Below are positions 18,554-27,858 of a DNA stretch of 64,000 nt, piece after piece; within the stretch, counting starts at the first letter, position 1; each line of letters begins with the position of its first letter. This stretch comes from an uncultured Candidatus Binatia bacterium (GTDB taxonomy: Bacteria; Desulfobacterota; Binatia; Bin18): the NCBI GenBank assembly GCA_965214605.1, contig OZ243961.1, positions 768,001 through 832,000 of the forward strand. Direction: 5' to 3'. Below the pieces are notes generated by a model. The model was not told the DNA's origin. It ran no database searches and saw only the letters and a list, made by a program, of their open reading frames with translations. The translations under genes and the position numbers were made by a program.

Positions 18554-19294
18554 ATGGATCTGACCGGAAAAACGGCGCTGGTAACGGGTTCAAGCTCGGG
18601 TATAGGACGGGGTATTGCTCTGGCCTTTGCCCAAAAAGGAGCCAACGTCATCATCACTGGTCGCAACCAAGAACGCATCGCCCAGGTCGTGTGCGAGGTT
18701 GAGTCTAGCGGCAGGAGAGCCGTGGGCCTCAGCGCCGACGTCGCCATCTTTGACGAGATTCAGTCCATGGTTGAGCAGGCCCGGGCCGCGCTTGGCCCGA
18801 TCGACATCCTGGTCAATAACGCCGGCGTCTTTGCCACTCGTCCGCTGCATCACATGACGGAGACGGAGTGGGACGAGATGCTGGCCGTTGATCTCAAAAG
18901 TGTCTTCAACTGTACGCGAGCCGTTATTGACGATATGCGCGCCAACAGTTGGGGGCGCATCATCTGTATTACGGGTCTGGTGGGCAATACGGGCTATGCC
19001 AACACCAGCCACGTGGCCGCGGCCAAAGCGGGCGTGCACGGCTTTGTCAGAGCTTTGGCGCGAGAGGTCATCGCCTCAGGGATTACGGTCAACGCGATTA
19101 CGCCGGGTCTGATCGACACGCCGATCCTTGCCGGCATTAGCGAGGCCCAAATGGCGGTCTTCACCCAAGAAATTCCAGCTGGCCGGATTGGCACGGTCGA
19201 GGAGATTGCCGCCGCAACCGTCTATCTCACCTCGGACGCCGCCGCCTATACAACTGGCCAGATTCTGAATATCAGCGGCGGTGGTCTGATATAG
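18554..19294 (+). CDS. Atypical SDR family oxidoreductase
   Basis: TGSSSGIG and NNAG are present, but IICITG and SHVAAAK replace the NxSS and YxxxK motifs. Start at ATG 18554 after AGGAGG. Confidence 0.88.
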   Translation: MDLTGKTALVTGSSSGIGRGIALAFAQKGANVIITGRNQERIAQVVCEVESSGRRAVGLSADVAIFDEIQSMVEQARAALGPIDILVNNAGVFATRPLHHMTETEWDEMLAVDLKSVFNCTRAVIDDMRANSWGRIICITGLVGNTGYANTSHVAAAKAGVHGFVRALAREVIASGITVNAITPGLIDTPILAGISEAQMAVFTQEIPAGRIGTVEEIAAATVYLTSDAAAYTTGQILNISGGGLI

Positions 19295-19330
19295 GCAATG
19301 ACGAACGCCGCAGAATAAAGGGGAACGTCT

Positions 19331-20323
19331 ATGAGTCGCATCGGAGTTGCTTTTGCTGGAGGCATGTCGCCACCAGACATTGTTGCGTGTGTCAAACTCG
19401 CCGAAGAGCTGGGCTATGAATCGGCCTGGATCGCTGAAGGGCACGGTGGGGACCAGTTTTCGATCTTGTCGGCGTGTGCGGTGCAAACAGAGCGGATTCT
19501 GCTAGGCACCAGCATCAGCAGTGTTTTTGTTCGTAGTGCACCGACGATTGCCATGGCGGCGGCTAGCGTCGATCATTTCTCCCAGGGACGTCTGCTCCTG
19601 GGGCTCGGTTCCAGCCATAAGGTCCAGGTTGAGCCGGAGCACGGCATCCCGTATGGCAAACCGGTCCAGCGCGTACGCGAGACAGTAGAGGTGATCCGTA
19701 GCTTGCTGCGCGACGGACAGGTCGCCTATCAAGGCCAAGAGATCAAGATCGACAGCTTTGATCTGTGGTTTGAGCCGCTTCGGCGCGAGATCCCAATCTA
19801 TCTGTCGGCTGTCTTTCCGCGAATGTTGGAGACCTGCGGCGAAATGGCCCAGGGTACGCTCCTGGTCTGGAGTACTCTGGGGTCCGGCCAGCAGGCTGCC
19901 GAACACGTTGCCGCTGGGGCACGCCGGGCCGGCCGTGACCCGGCCGAGGTTGATATTGGGTCGCTGTTGTCGTGTAGTGTCTCTGAGGACCGTCGAGAAG
20001 CGATTGACCGGGTGCGGCCAGCGGTCGCCTTTTATACCGGGTTTTTCCCGCGTTACAACCGGCTGATGGCCGAAAGCGGCTTCCCCGAAGCGGCTCAAAC
20101 CATTCGCCAGGCCTGGCTCAAGGGCGACCGTGAGGGCGCAGCTCGGCTTGTCCCGGATGACATGGTCCAGACCCTGAGCATTGTCGGTTCGGCGGCGGAC
20201 AGCCGACGGCGGCTTGAGGCGTATCGAGAGTCGGGTATCCAGCTGCCGGTTATCTTTCCGGTTGGCGGTAGACCGGACGGGAAAGAAAAGGTTATTGAGG
20301 CGATTCGGGCGTGCGCGCCGTGA
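19331..20323 (+). CDS. LLM class (F420-type) oxidoreductase
   Basis: AEELGYESAWIAEG, RSAPTIAMAA, GRLLLGLGSSH and IPIYLSA motifs. Confidence 0.92.
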   Translation: MSRIGVAFAGGMSPPDIVACVKLAEELGYESAWIAEGHGGDQFSILSACAVQTERILLGTSISSVFVRSAPTIAMAAASVDHFSQGRLLLGLGSSHKVQVEPEHGIPYGKPVQRVRETVEVIRSLLRDGQVAYQGQEIKIDSFDLWFEPLRREIPIYLSAVFPRMLETCGEMAQGTLLVWSTLGSGQQAAEHVAAGARRAGRDPAEVDIGSLLSCSVSEDRREAIDRVRPAVAFYTGFFPRYNRLMAESGFPEAAQTIRQAWLKGDREGAARLVPDDMVQTLSIVGSAADSRRRLEAYRESGIQLPVIFPVGGRPDGKEKVIEAIRACAP

Positions 20324-20369
20324 TGACCCCAAGCTCTCCTCCTTCCATCCCCTCGGGCACAGGTCACAC

Positions 20370-20831
20370 TCAATACGTCCCTTTGGGCAGTTTGCTGTGA
20401 TCCCAACTCGAGGTTTTGACCGGGGTGATTTTGAGAACCGCCCGTTTTTTGGCCCGTGCTTTGATGACCGCGTTATCCGGAGCGGCGGGCTCTTCGCCCC
20501 GAAAACGACGAATCTCGCGCATCACGTTCCAGACCTCTTCGGGTTCATCAATAACCTCACAGTTACCGCGTATCATGAGCCCTTTGAGGTGGTCATAGGC
20601 TTCGCCAGACTCAATCATGACTGTCACCTTGGGATTGCGACGGGCGTTGACCACCTTTTGGGCCTTCCGAAAGGTGGTCATATAGATACAGCCGTCTTTG
20701 ACCATATAGGACATGGCAACGGCGTGGGGATAACCGTTTTTGTCAATAGTACACAGCGTCATCGTTCTCGCTTCGACTAGATAGGCCTGCTGTTCTTCCG
20801 GGGTGAGCTGGATTTGGCTCTGTCTATTCAT
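20370..20831 (-). CDS. Pyridoxamine 5'-phosphate oxidase-like (PPOX/FDOR-B) protein
   Basis: TIDKNGYPH, TFRKAQKVVNARRNPKVTVMIESGEAYDHLKG and SWDHSKL motifs. Confidence 0.85.
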   Translation of the reverse strand: MNRQSQIQLTPEEQQAYLVEARTMTLCTIDKNGYPHAVAMSYMVKDGCIYMTTFRKAQKVVNARRNPKVTVMIESGEAYDHLKGLMIRGNCEVIDEPEEVWNVMREIRRFRGEEPAAPDNAVIKARAKKRAVLKITPVKTSSWDHSKLPKGTY

Positions 20832-20842
20832 TGCTCCCCTCC

Positions 20843-21592
20843 CTACTGGGCAAACCAGCCACCGTCAATAACGAGTTCCGCACCAGTGGTAAAGGCTGCC
20901 TCCTCCGAACACAGATAGAGCGAACCGTAAGCGATCTCCTCGGGCCTGCCAAGACGACCCATGGGGGTCGCGGCTTTGATCTGGGCATCCTGCTCTGGGG
21001 TGAGATCGCCCAGAATTGGCGTATCGATCTGGCCTGGGTGAATCGAATTGACCCGAATGCCCTGTTTGACATACTCCAGGGCGGCCGACTTGGTCATCAG
21101 GCGCACGGCCCCTTTTGTCGCGTGGTAGGTGATTGAGCCTGGGCTGCCAATCAGACCGTAGAGCGAAGAGATGTTGACAATCGCCCCACCACCCGCTTCA
21201 CGCATAGCTGGAACCGCGGCCTTCATCCCTAGCCACACGCCGGTCTGATTGACCGCAATCATATTATTCCAGCCCTCAAGCGTTTCCTCTTCGGTCCCCC
21301 GTGGCCAGTAGATACCGGCGTTGTTAATCAGCGTGGTGAGCTTGCCAAAACGGGAAACCGCTTCGTGAACAGCGCGCGCCCAGTCTGCGTGTCGGGCCAC
21401 ATCTAAGCCGACAAAGACCGCCTCCCCACCGCTGTTGTTCACCGCCTCAACCACGGCCCGCCCCTTGTCCTCCTGGAGATCACCGGCAACGATCTTGGCC
21501 CCTTCAGCGGCGAAGACCCGGACATGGGCCGCTCCAATACCGCTCGCTCCGCCCGAGATCAGGGCCACTTTTCCGTCCAGACGTCCTGCCAT
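20843..21592 (-). CDS. SDR (3-alpha,20-beta-HSD/cyclopentanol dehydrogenase-like)
   Basis: SGGASGIG, NNAG, NISS, YHATKGAVR and IRVNSIHPG motifs. Confidence 0.92.
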   Translation of the reverse strand: MAGRLDGKVALISGGASGIGAAHVRVFAAEGAKIVAGDLQEDKGRAVVEAVNNSGGEAVFVGLDVARHADWARAVHEAVSRFGKLTTLINNAGIYWPRGTEEETLEGWNNMIAVNQTGVWLGMKAAVPAMREAGGGAIVNISSLYGLIGSPGSITYHATKGAVRLMTKSAALEYVKQGIRVNSIHPGQIDTPILGDLTPEQDAQIKAATPMGRLGRPEEIAYGSLYLCSEEAAFTTGAELVIDGGWFAQ

Positions 21593-21700
21593 AGTCGCCT
21601 CCTGTGTTTTTTCGTATCAGTATCCCAGGCGGTCTAGACACGCAAGGAATTGCGCCGATACTAGGGCAGGTGGTAAGGAAGCGTATACGGAGGAGGCAGC

Positions 21701-22867
21701 ATGGATTTCCAACGCAACGAAGAACATGAAGAAATTCGTCAACAGGTGCGTGCCCTGTGCTCTCGCTTTCCAGATGAATATTGGCGCGAGCGGGATGAAA
21801 CAGGCGAGTTTCCTTGGGACTTTTATCAGGCGATTGCCGACGGGGGCTGGCTCGGAGTGACGATTCCGCCCGAATATGGGGGGAGCGGTTTGGGCATCAC
21901 CGAAGCCGCACTTGTCATGCAGACGGTTGCCGAGTGTGGGGGTGGTACACAGGCCTGCTCGGCGATTCACCTAGGTATCTTCGGTCTGGAACCGCTCATT
22001 AAGTACGGGACTGAGGAAGCCAAAAAGAAATACCTGTCCCCCATCTTAAGCGGTGAGCTGCATGTGTCTTTTGCCGTCACCGAACCGGACGCGGGAACCA
22101 ATACGACCCAGATTAGTACCTTTGCCAAGCGCAAGGGCGACGGCTATGTGGTCAACGGCCAAAAAGTCTTTATCACCAAGGCCCGCGAATCCAAAAAAAT
22201 GTTGCTGCTAACGCGCACGACCGCCTATGAAGAAGCTCCCAAAAAAACCCTGGGGATGAGCCTCTTTTTTGCCGATATCGACCCCCAGGCGGTTGAGGTC
22301 AATGAGCTGCATAAATGCGGGCGCAAAGCTGTTGATACCAACACGCTGTTCATCGACAATCTGTACGTCGCCAAGGAAGACCTGATCGGCGAAGAGGGCC
22401 GAGGCTTTTACTACATCCTAGACGGCATTAATCCTGAGCGGATTCTTGTTGCCGCCGAGTGTATCGGCATGGGCAAGCGGGCGATCCAAAAGAGCGTACA
22501 GTACGCCAAAGAGCGGATCGTGTTTGGACGTCCGATCGGTATGAATCAGGGAATTCAGTTCCCCCTAGCCGAGTCGTTCGCCAAGCTGGAGACCGCCGAC
22601 CTGATGGTCCAAAAAGCGGCCTGGCTGTACGACCACGACCAGCCGTGCGGCAAAGAGGCCAATATCGCCAAATATATGGCGGCCGAGGCGGCGTGTGAGG
22701 CGGCCGACCGGTCCATGCAAGCTCATGGCGGCTATGGCTACATCAAAGAGTACGACGTCGAGCGCTATTGGCGCGAGGCGCGTCTGTTCCGCATAGCGCC
22801 GATCTCCCAGGAGATGGTCCTCAATTATGTTGGCGAGCATGTCTTGGGCTTACCCAAGTCGTATTAG
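21701..22867 (+). CDS. Acyl-CoA dehydrogenase
   Basis: FAVTEPDAGT, NGQKVF, GINPERI, HGGYGY and RIAPISQEM motifs. Confidence 0.95.
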   Translation: MDFQRNEEHEEIRQQVRALCSRFPDEYWRERDETGEFPWDFYQAIADGGWLGVTIPPEYGGSGLGITEAALVMQTVAECGGGTQACSAIHLGIFGLEPLIKYGTEEAKKKYLSPILSGELHVSFAVTEPDAGTNTTQISTFAKRKGDGYVVNGQKVFITKARESKKMLLLTRTTAYEEAPKKTLGMSLFFADIDPQAVEVNELHKCGRKAVDTNTLFIDNLYVAKEDLIGEEGRGFYYILDGINPERILVAAECIGMGKRAIQKSVQYAKERIVFGRPIGMNQGIQFPLAESFAKLETADLMVQKAAWLYDHDQPCGKEANIAKYMAAEAACEAADRSMQAHGGYGYIKEYDVERYWREARLFRIAPISQEMVLNYVGEHVLGLPKSY

Positions 22868-22888
22868 CTTCGGCCGAGCGCAGGCGTT

Positions 22889-23907
22889 ATGAAAATCGGC
22901 CATATGCCAAGCCCCCACGGTGGCCCGTATGAACAACCGGAGGAGCCATCCCCCCAGGCCACCGTAGCCTTCTGTGGTCAGCTACTGAATGAGGGCATTG
23001 AGGTAGAAAAGGCAGGCTGCGACAGCGTCTTCCTCCCCGAGCGCCACCACCGGACAGGAACCATATTTGCGCCCCCGCTGACCATGCTGGCGGGCTATGC
23101 CACGCGCACCAAGCGGGTCGACCTGGGGACCTTTGTCCTCCGGCCGCCATACTATAATCGGCTGCCCCTAGCCGAGGACGTGGCCATGAGCGCTCTCATG
23201 TCCAAAGGGCGACTCAGCGTCGGTCTGGGCCATCACCCGAGCTCTTTCCATCTGTCCAACGTTCCCTGTACGCGGCACTTTTCACGCTTTGAGGAGAGCC
23301 AGGAGCTCCTGCGTCAAGCCCGGACAAGCCCCCAGCCGTTCTCGTATCACGGCAAGCGCTTTCAGTTCGACAACACCATACCGACCCCCAAACCCTACCG
23401 GCCGGGCGGACCTCCGCGGTGGGGTGGGGCGGCTTATACGGGGGCTATTGAGCAGGCGGGCGAGCCAGGTGACGGGTGGGACACTTTACTGTTCTGGGGT
23501 CCGGTGACTAAGCTCCGAGAACGGGCTCGGCTGGACCGGGAGAGCACCGCTGCCTACCAGCGCCAGCCCAAGGGAGTGTTCATGCAGGATGGCTGGGTTG
23601 CGCCGAGCCGTCGGGAAGCCGAAGATGTTTTTGGACCCCTGTGGGTCCAAGAGATATTTTCCATATTCTCGCTGGAATCTGCTGTCTCCAAACGAAGAGT
23701 TCCAATCAGAGGCGGCTTTCACGATTGACAAGCTGAGGAGTGACGGGTTCGTCCCAGGAGTGTATTGAGCAGATCGAGATGTGCTGGACGGAGGGGGGTA
23801 AGTACTTGAGCGCACGCTTTTGTTTGCCCTTGGGACCTAACCCGGAGCGGGCGCTAGAGTGCATACGACGACTCGGGGCGGAGGTTATGCCGCATTTCAA
23901 GCCTTAG
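22889..23907 (+). pseudogene. LLM oxidoreductase pseudogene
   Basis: Degenerate LLM N-terminus (VFLPERHH, LAEDVAM). The C-terminus continues in other frames (YSRWNLLSP...FTIDKL, then GSSQECIEQI...RLGAEVMPHFKP*, stop at 23907). Confidence 0.82.
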
Positions 23908-23929
23908 GACCGCTGCAGAGAGAGATGCC

Positions 23930-24547
23930 ATGCCTACAGACACACCGCTCAGCCCCCTTATCCTGGCCTCTGCCTCACCGCGCCGCCGCGAGTTGCTGCA
24001 GCAGGTCGGGCTCCGGTTTCGCGTTGTTCCCAGCCATGCCACAGAAGAGGTTCGGCCGGGGGAAACTCCCCGGGAGTATGTCCTGCGGACGGCTCAAGAA
24101 AAAGCGCAAGCCGTTGCCCGTCGCTACCCGACGGCCTGGATTCTGGCCGCTGATACAATCGTCGAGATCGACGGCCACATCTTGGGCAAACCCTGCGATG
24201 AAGCCGCCGGCAGGCGGATGTTACGGCTGCTTTCGGGACGCCGCCATCGGGTAATGACCGCTTTTGTCGTCCTGCATACCGAGCAACAGGTCGGGCGGCT
24301 AATAACCAGCACGGTGAGCTTCAAAACCTTGTCTGAATCGCAGATTAGTGCCTACCTGGCAACCGGCGAATCAAAAGACAAAGCTGGCGCGTACGCGGTT
24401 CAGGGCCAGGGTCGGGCACTTGTCGCAGAACTGGACGGTTCATACACAAATGTAGTTGGACTGCCTATGGATGAGGTCCTAGCCTGTTTACAGGACCTGG
24501 GGATCTATAATCCCGGGTCACTTCGGCCCGACCTAGAGAATGACTAG
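23930..24547 (+). CDS. maf: Maf family nucleoside triphosphate pyrophosphatase
   Basis: LILASASPRRRELL, ADTIV, LGKP, LSGRRH, DKAGAYAVQG and NVVGLP motifs. Confidence 0.95.
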   Translation: MPTDTPLSPLILASASPRRRELLQQVGLRFRVVPSHATEEVRPGETPREYVLRTAQEKAQAVARRYPTAWILAADTIVEIDGHILGKPCDEAAGRRMLRLLSGRRHRVMTAFVVLHTEQQVGRLITSTVSFKTLSESQISAYLATGESKDKAGAYAVQGQGRALVAELDGSYTNVVGLPMDEVLACLQDLGIYNPGSLRPDLEND

Positions 24548-24549
24548 TC

Positions 24550-25248
24550 ATGACGGACAGGGCTGACATCGATATCGCGGCAAACTATGCTCGGGTGAGC
24601 GAGCAGGTTGCCCAGGCCGCACTACGCTGCGGCCGCCGCCCGGAAGAGATTACGATTGTGTGCGCCGCCAAGACCACAGGACCGCAGGCCGTCCAGGCGG
24701 TTCTGGCCGCCGGCGCAACGACGATAGGCGAGAATTATGTCCAGGAGGCGCAGCGCAAAAAGGCGGAGGTCTCGGCTTACGGCCAGTGGCACCTGATCGG
24801 TCATCTGCAACGCAATAAAGCCAAGACCAGCGTGTCGCTATTCACCCTCATCCACTCGCTTGACGGCATTGCCTTGGCCCGTGAGCTGGACCGTCAGGCC
24901 AAAAAACAGAACCGGACCGTGCGGACCCTTATCGAGGTCAAGCTAGGTGACGAGCCCACTAAAACGGGCCTGGTCGAAGACGACCTAGGACCCTTGTTAG
25001 AAACAGTCCAAACTCTCTCGTCCCTCCGTGTTGAAGGCTTGATGACGATTCCGCCGCCGGATCAACCCGCGCGTCAATATTTTCGCCAGCTGGCCCGTTT
25101 GCGGCAAGAATACGGCGCAATGAAGGCGTCCAATATCAGTCTGCGCGAACTCTCAATGGGGATGACCGACGACTACACACTGGCCATTGAAGAGGGCGCG
25201 ACCCTCGTGCGGATAGGCCGGGCGATATTTGGCGAGCGGCGGTCATAA
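24550..25248 (+). CDS. yggS: PLP homeostasis protein YggS/PLPBP
   Basis: GENYVQE, WHLIGHLQRNK, GLMTIPP, LSMGMTDDY and EEGATLVRIGRAIFG motifs. Confidence 0.95.
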   Translation: MTDRADIDIAANYARVSEQVAQAALRCGRRPEEITIVCAAKTTGPQAVQAVLAAGATTIGENYVQEAQRKKAEVSAYGQWHLIGHLQRNKAKTSVSLFTLIHSLDGIALARELDRQAKKQNRTVRTLIEVKLGDEPTKTGLVEDDLGPLLETVQTLSSLRVEGLMTIPPPDQPARQYFRQLARLRQEYGAMKASNISLRELSMGMTDDYTLAIEEGATLVRIGRAIFGERRS

Positions 25249-25267
25249 AGAAAAGAGGGCAGGAACG

Positions 25268-26077
25268 ATGAGCAAGATTGGATTTATCGGTGCGGGGAAT
25301 ATGGCTGGGGCACTGATCAAAGGACTCCTGGAGGCAAAACTCTACCGCGCTCAGGACATGCTGGTCAGCGATACTCTGCCGGCCCAACTCCGCAAGGTCA
25401 AACACGCCTATGGGGTGGAGGGCGTGCAGGACAATAGGCAGCTGGTGCAAACCACCCACACCGTTATCCTCGCCGTCAAACCCCAGATCCTGGATCAGAT
25501 CTTAGCCGAGATCCACCCCTGCGTCACAACACAGCAGCTGTTTATCTCGATTGCCGCCGGGGTCCCCCTGGCCCGTCTGGAAAGCGGTCTGGGAGACGCC
25601 GCCCGGGTCATTCGGGTTATGCCCAACACCCCGGCCCTATTGGCAAAAGGTATGGCGGTGGTGACACGCGGGAAAAAAGCCACGGCTGAAGATGAGAAGC
25701 TGGCCCTGAGCCTGTTTCGTGGGGTGGGCGAGGTCACGAGCGTCAAAGATGAGGCTCTGATGGACGCCGTGACCGGTCTGAGCGGCAGCGGTCCAGCCTA
25801 TGTGTATTTGTTTGCCGAAGCCCTCATTGCCGGGGGCACTACGGTCGGTCTGACGTCCAAGCTCGCCACCCAGCTCGCGCTACAAACCCTCACCGGGGCA
25901 GCCGCGATGCTCCAGGAATCGGGTCACAGTCCACAACAGCTCCGCGAGATGGTGTCCTCTCCGGGTGGCACCACCCTGGCCGGGCTGGCCCAGCTGGACA
26001 AGGGCAAATTTACTCGCACCGTGGTTGCCGGTATTGAGGCCGCCACCCGTCGCTCGCGAGAATTGGGCAAATCGTAA
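25268..26077 (+). CDS. proC: Pyrroline-5-carboxylate reductase
   Basis: IGFIGAGNM, LAVKPQ, RVMPNTP, TGLSGSGPAY and VSSPGGTT motifs. Start at ATG 25268. Confidence 0.95.
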   Translation: MSKIGFIGAGNMAGALIKGLLEAKLYRAQDMLVSDTLPAQLRKVKHAYGVEGVQDNRQLVQTTHTVILAVKPQILDQILAEIHPCVTTQQLFISIAAGVPLARLESGLGDAARVIRVMPNTPALLAKGMAVVTRGKKATAEDEKLALSLFRGVGEVTSVKDEALMDAVTGLSGSGPAYVYLFAEALIAGGTTVGLTSKLATQLALQTLTGAAAMLQESGHSPQQLREMVSSPGGTTLAGLAQLDKGKFTRTVVAGIEAATRRSRELGKS

Positions 26078-26118
26078 AACGAGCACAGCAGACGCGCTGG
26101 AGAGGAGAAGCCAAAACT

Positions 26119-26424
26119 ATGTTTGTTATTAGCAACCTGCTGTCATCAATTGCGTCCGTGCTCAACATGGTGCTGTCGCTGTATATGTGGATTATCATCA
26201 TCCGGGCTATCCTGTCGTGGGTCAGCCCGGACCCGTATAACCCGATTGTTCGGTTTCTGCACGCCGCGACCGATCCGGTCTTGGATAAAGTTCGACAGTT
26301 GGTGCCCTTCCCCACCGTGTATGGTGGTATTGATCTGACGCCTATATTGGTGTTTGTCATCATTATTTTTCTCCAGTCATTCCTGGTCCAGACCCTTTTT
26401 GATCTGTCCCGGAACATGGGCTGA
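26119..26424 (+). CDS. yggT: YggT family membrane protein
   Basis: IIIRAILSWVSPDPYNPIVRFL..ATDPVL and GIDLTPI motifs; conserved position after proC. Confidence 0.93.
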   Translation: MFVISNLLSSIASVLNMVLSLYMWIIIIRAILSWVSPDPYNPIVRFLHAATDPVLDKVRQLVPFPTVYGGIDLTPILVFVIIIFLQSFLVQTLFDLSRNMG

Positions 26425-26432
26425 GGTGTGCC

Positions 26433-26735
26433 GTGTCTTTGCCCCGGCAGTTCATCCCGGCCGGGGTGGGCGTCGAGGTTCAGGGCCGCGCGTCGAAAAA
26501 CCGCCTGCTCGGCCGACATGGCCAGCGCCGAAAAACCGCCCTCACTGCTCCGCCGGTTGACGGCGCGGCCAACGCCATGCTGGGTCCCCTTTCCGGCCGA
26601 GTTGCTCGACAACGGCCGCAAAGCGCGGTCAGCCTCCGATTCGGCGCCAAGAGGCGCACCAAACAGCCGCTCATTCAGACCTCAGTGCCAACCCGCATCG
26701 GCCGCCGACGCTACGCCCTGCTGGGCCAGACTTGA
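26433..26735 (+). pseudogene. yggU: DUF167/YggU family gene, degenerate (possibly a pseudogene)
   Basis: V.VQGRASKN..G.HG..K..LTAPPVDGAAN...G.K.R.K matches DUF167, but conserved hydrophobic positions are substituted. Syntenic after yggT. Confidence 0.6.
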
Positions 26736-26760
26736 CAACAAAAAGCGGGATGATTAGCGT
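26732..26760 (+). promoter_or_regulatory. Candidate sigma70 promoter for the zinc-ribbon gene
   Basis: TTGACA (26732-26737), 17 bp, TAGCGT (26755-26760). Confidence 0.45.
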
Positions 26761-26801
26761 TGCGGGCAGGCGCCTGAGCTTTGAGTGGAGGATGATACGC
26801 T

Positions 26802-27104
26802 ATGCCGATTTATGAATACGCCTGCAAAAAATGCGGCGAATTTGAAGTCACCCAGCGCATTACTGAAGACCCCCTCGAGAAGTGTCCGAGCTGCGGCCGA
26901 AAAGTCACAAAGTTAATCTCCCACTCGGCTTTTCACCTCAAAGGCAGCGGTTGGTATGCGACCGACTACGACAAGAACGGCTCAGGCAAGTCGGACAAGT
27001 CGGATTCGGGCGACACCAAAGAAACCAAGACCACCAGCGAGAAAAAAGACACCTCAAGCTCAGCCTCCTCGTCAAGCAGCTCAAGCAAATCCGCCTCGGC
27101 CTAG
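26802..27104 (+). CDS. FmdB family zinc-ribbon regulatory protein
   Basis: MPIYEYACKKCG...CPSCG...FHLKGSGWYATDY followed by a Ser/Lys-rich tail. Confidence 0.93.
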   Translation: MPIYEYACKKCGEFEVTQRITEDPLEKCPSCGRKVTKLISHSAFHLKGSGWYATDYDKNGSGKSDKSDSGDTKETKTTSEKKDTSSSASSSSSSSKSASA

Positions 27105-27172
27105 GGCTCTCCCCCAGGAGCGCCCCTGGGTTACAGTTTTTGGTGGGGCGTGATAGGTAAGGTTTTTGATGG

Positions 27173-27246
27173 GGTCGCATAGCTCAGCTGGTTAGAGCGC
27201 TTGCCTCACATGCAAGAGGTCCGGTGTTCGAGTCACCGTGCGACCA
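27173..27246 (+). tRNA. tRNA-Val (anticodon CAC), CCA not encoded
   Basis: Acceptor stem GGTCGCA/TGCGACC, D-arm AGCTCAGCTGGTTAGAGC, anticodon arm CTTGC-CTCACAT-GCAAG and T-arm CGGTG-TTCGAGT-CACCG. Confidence 0.96.
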
Positions 27247-27251
27247 TGTCC

Positions 27252-27277
27252 AAGCCCGCCACTCGGCGGGCTTTTTT
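27252..27277 (+). terminator. Intrinsic terminator after tRNA-Val
   Basis: AAGCCCGCC-actc-GGCGGGCTT followed by a T run. Confidence 0.88.
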
Positions 27278-27426
27278 CGCGTCCACCCACATCGGGGGGA
27301 GGCGCTCGGCCGACCTTTCTTGTACGAGCCAACGGCCCAAAAGACGCTTTACGCGGTGAGAGTAAGTATGTTAGAGGTGAAAGAGTCGAGCTGGCTTAGG
27401 CTGGAGATTGAGGAGAGGCTTCGGTT

Positions 27427-27858
27427 ATGACAGGCAAAAGCTTCGGGTACGTGATTAAAGACCGACGTCGCGAGCTATTGTTCACCCAGGAAATGGTCGC
27501 CAAAAAAGTTGGTGTTAAGGCAAATTATATCGGCTATCTGGAACGCGGCATGCGTCACCCTAGTCAAAAAGTCGTTGAAAAACTCTCGACTGCCCTCAAG
27601 CTCAACACCCAGGAGCTGTACCTCTTGGCCAACCCCAAGGTCCGCAGTCTGCTGAGGAGAGCCAAACCGGTCATCCCCACCATGTCGATATGGCAGCAGT
27701 TCATCCGCGATACTGCCCAACAGCAGAAGCAGGGTCTGAGCAAGGCCGAACAACAGGCACTCGCCCAGCTCGTTGCTGTCGAGCGAGCGACCTCGTTGAC
27801 AGGGACGATGAGAGCTGTCGGAGCCCTGCGCAAAGGGTTCGCCAAGAAAACCCGTTAG
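27427..27858 (+). CDS. XRE/Cro-like HTH transcriptional regulator
   Basis: FGYVIKDRRRELLFTQEMVAKKVGVKANYIGYLERGMRHPS; GAGGAG RBS. Confidence 0.85.
   Translation: MTGKSFGYVIKDRRRELLFTQEMVAKKVGVKANYIGYLERGMRHPSQKVVEKLSTALKLNTQELYLLANPKVRSLLRRAKPVIPTMSIWQQFIRDTAQQQKQGLSKAEQQALAQLVAVERATSLTGTMRAVGALRKGFAKKTR

Noticed and set aside
27173-27858. Genomic island or prophage at tRNA-Val
   Set aside because: No integrase, no duplicated tRNA 3' end noticed, and housekeeping genes continue on both sides.
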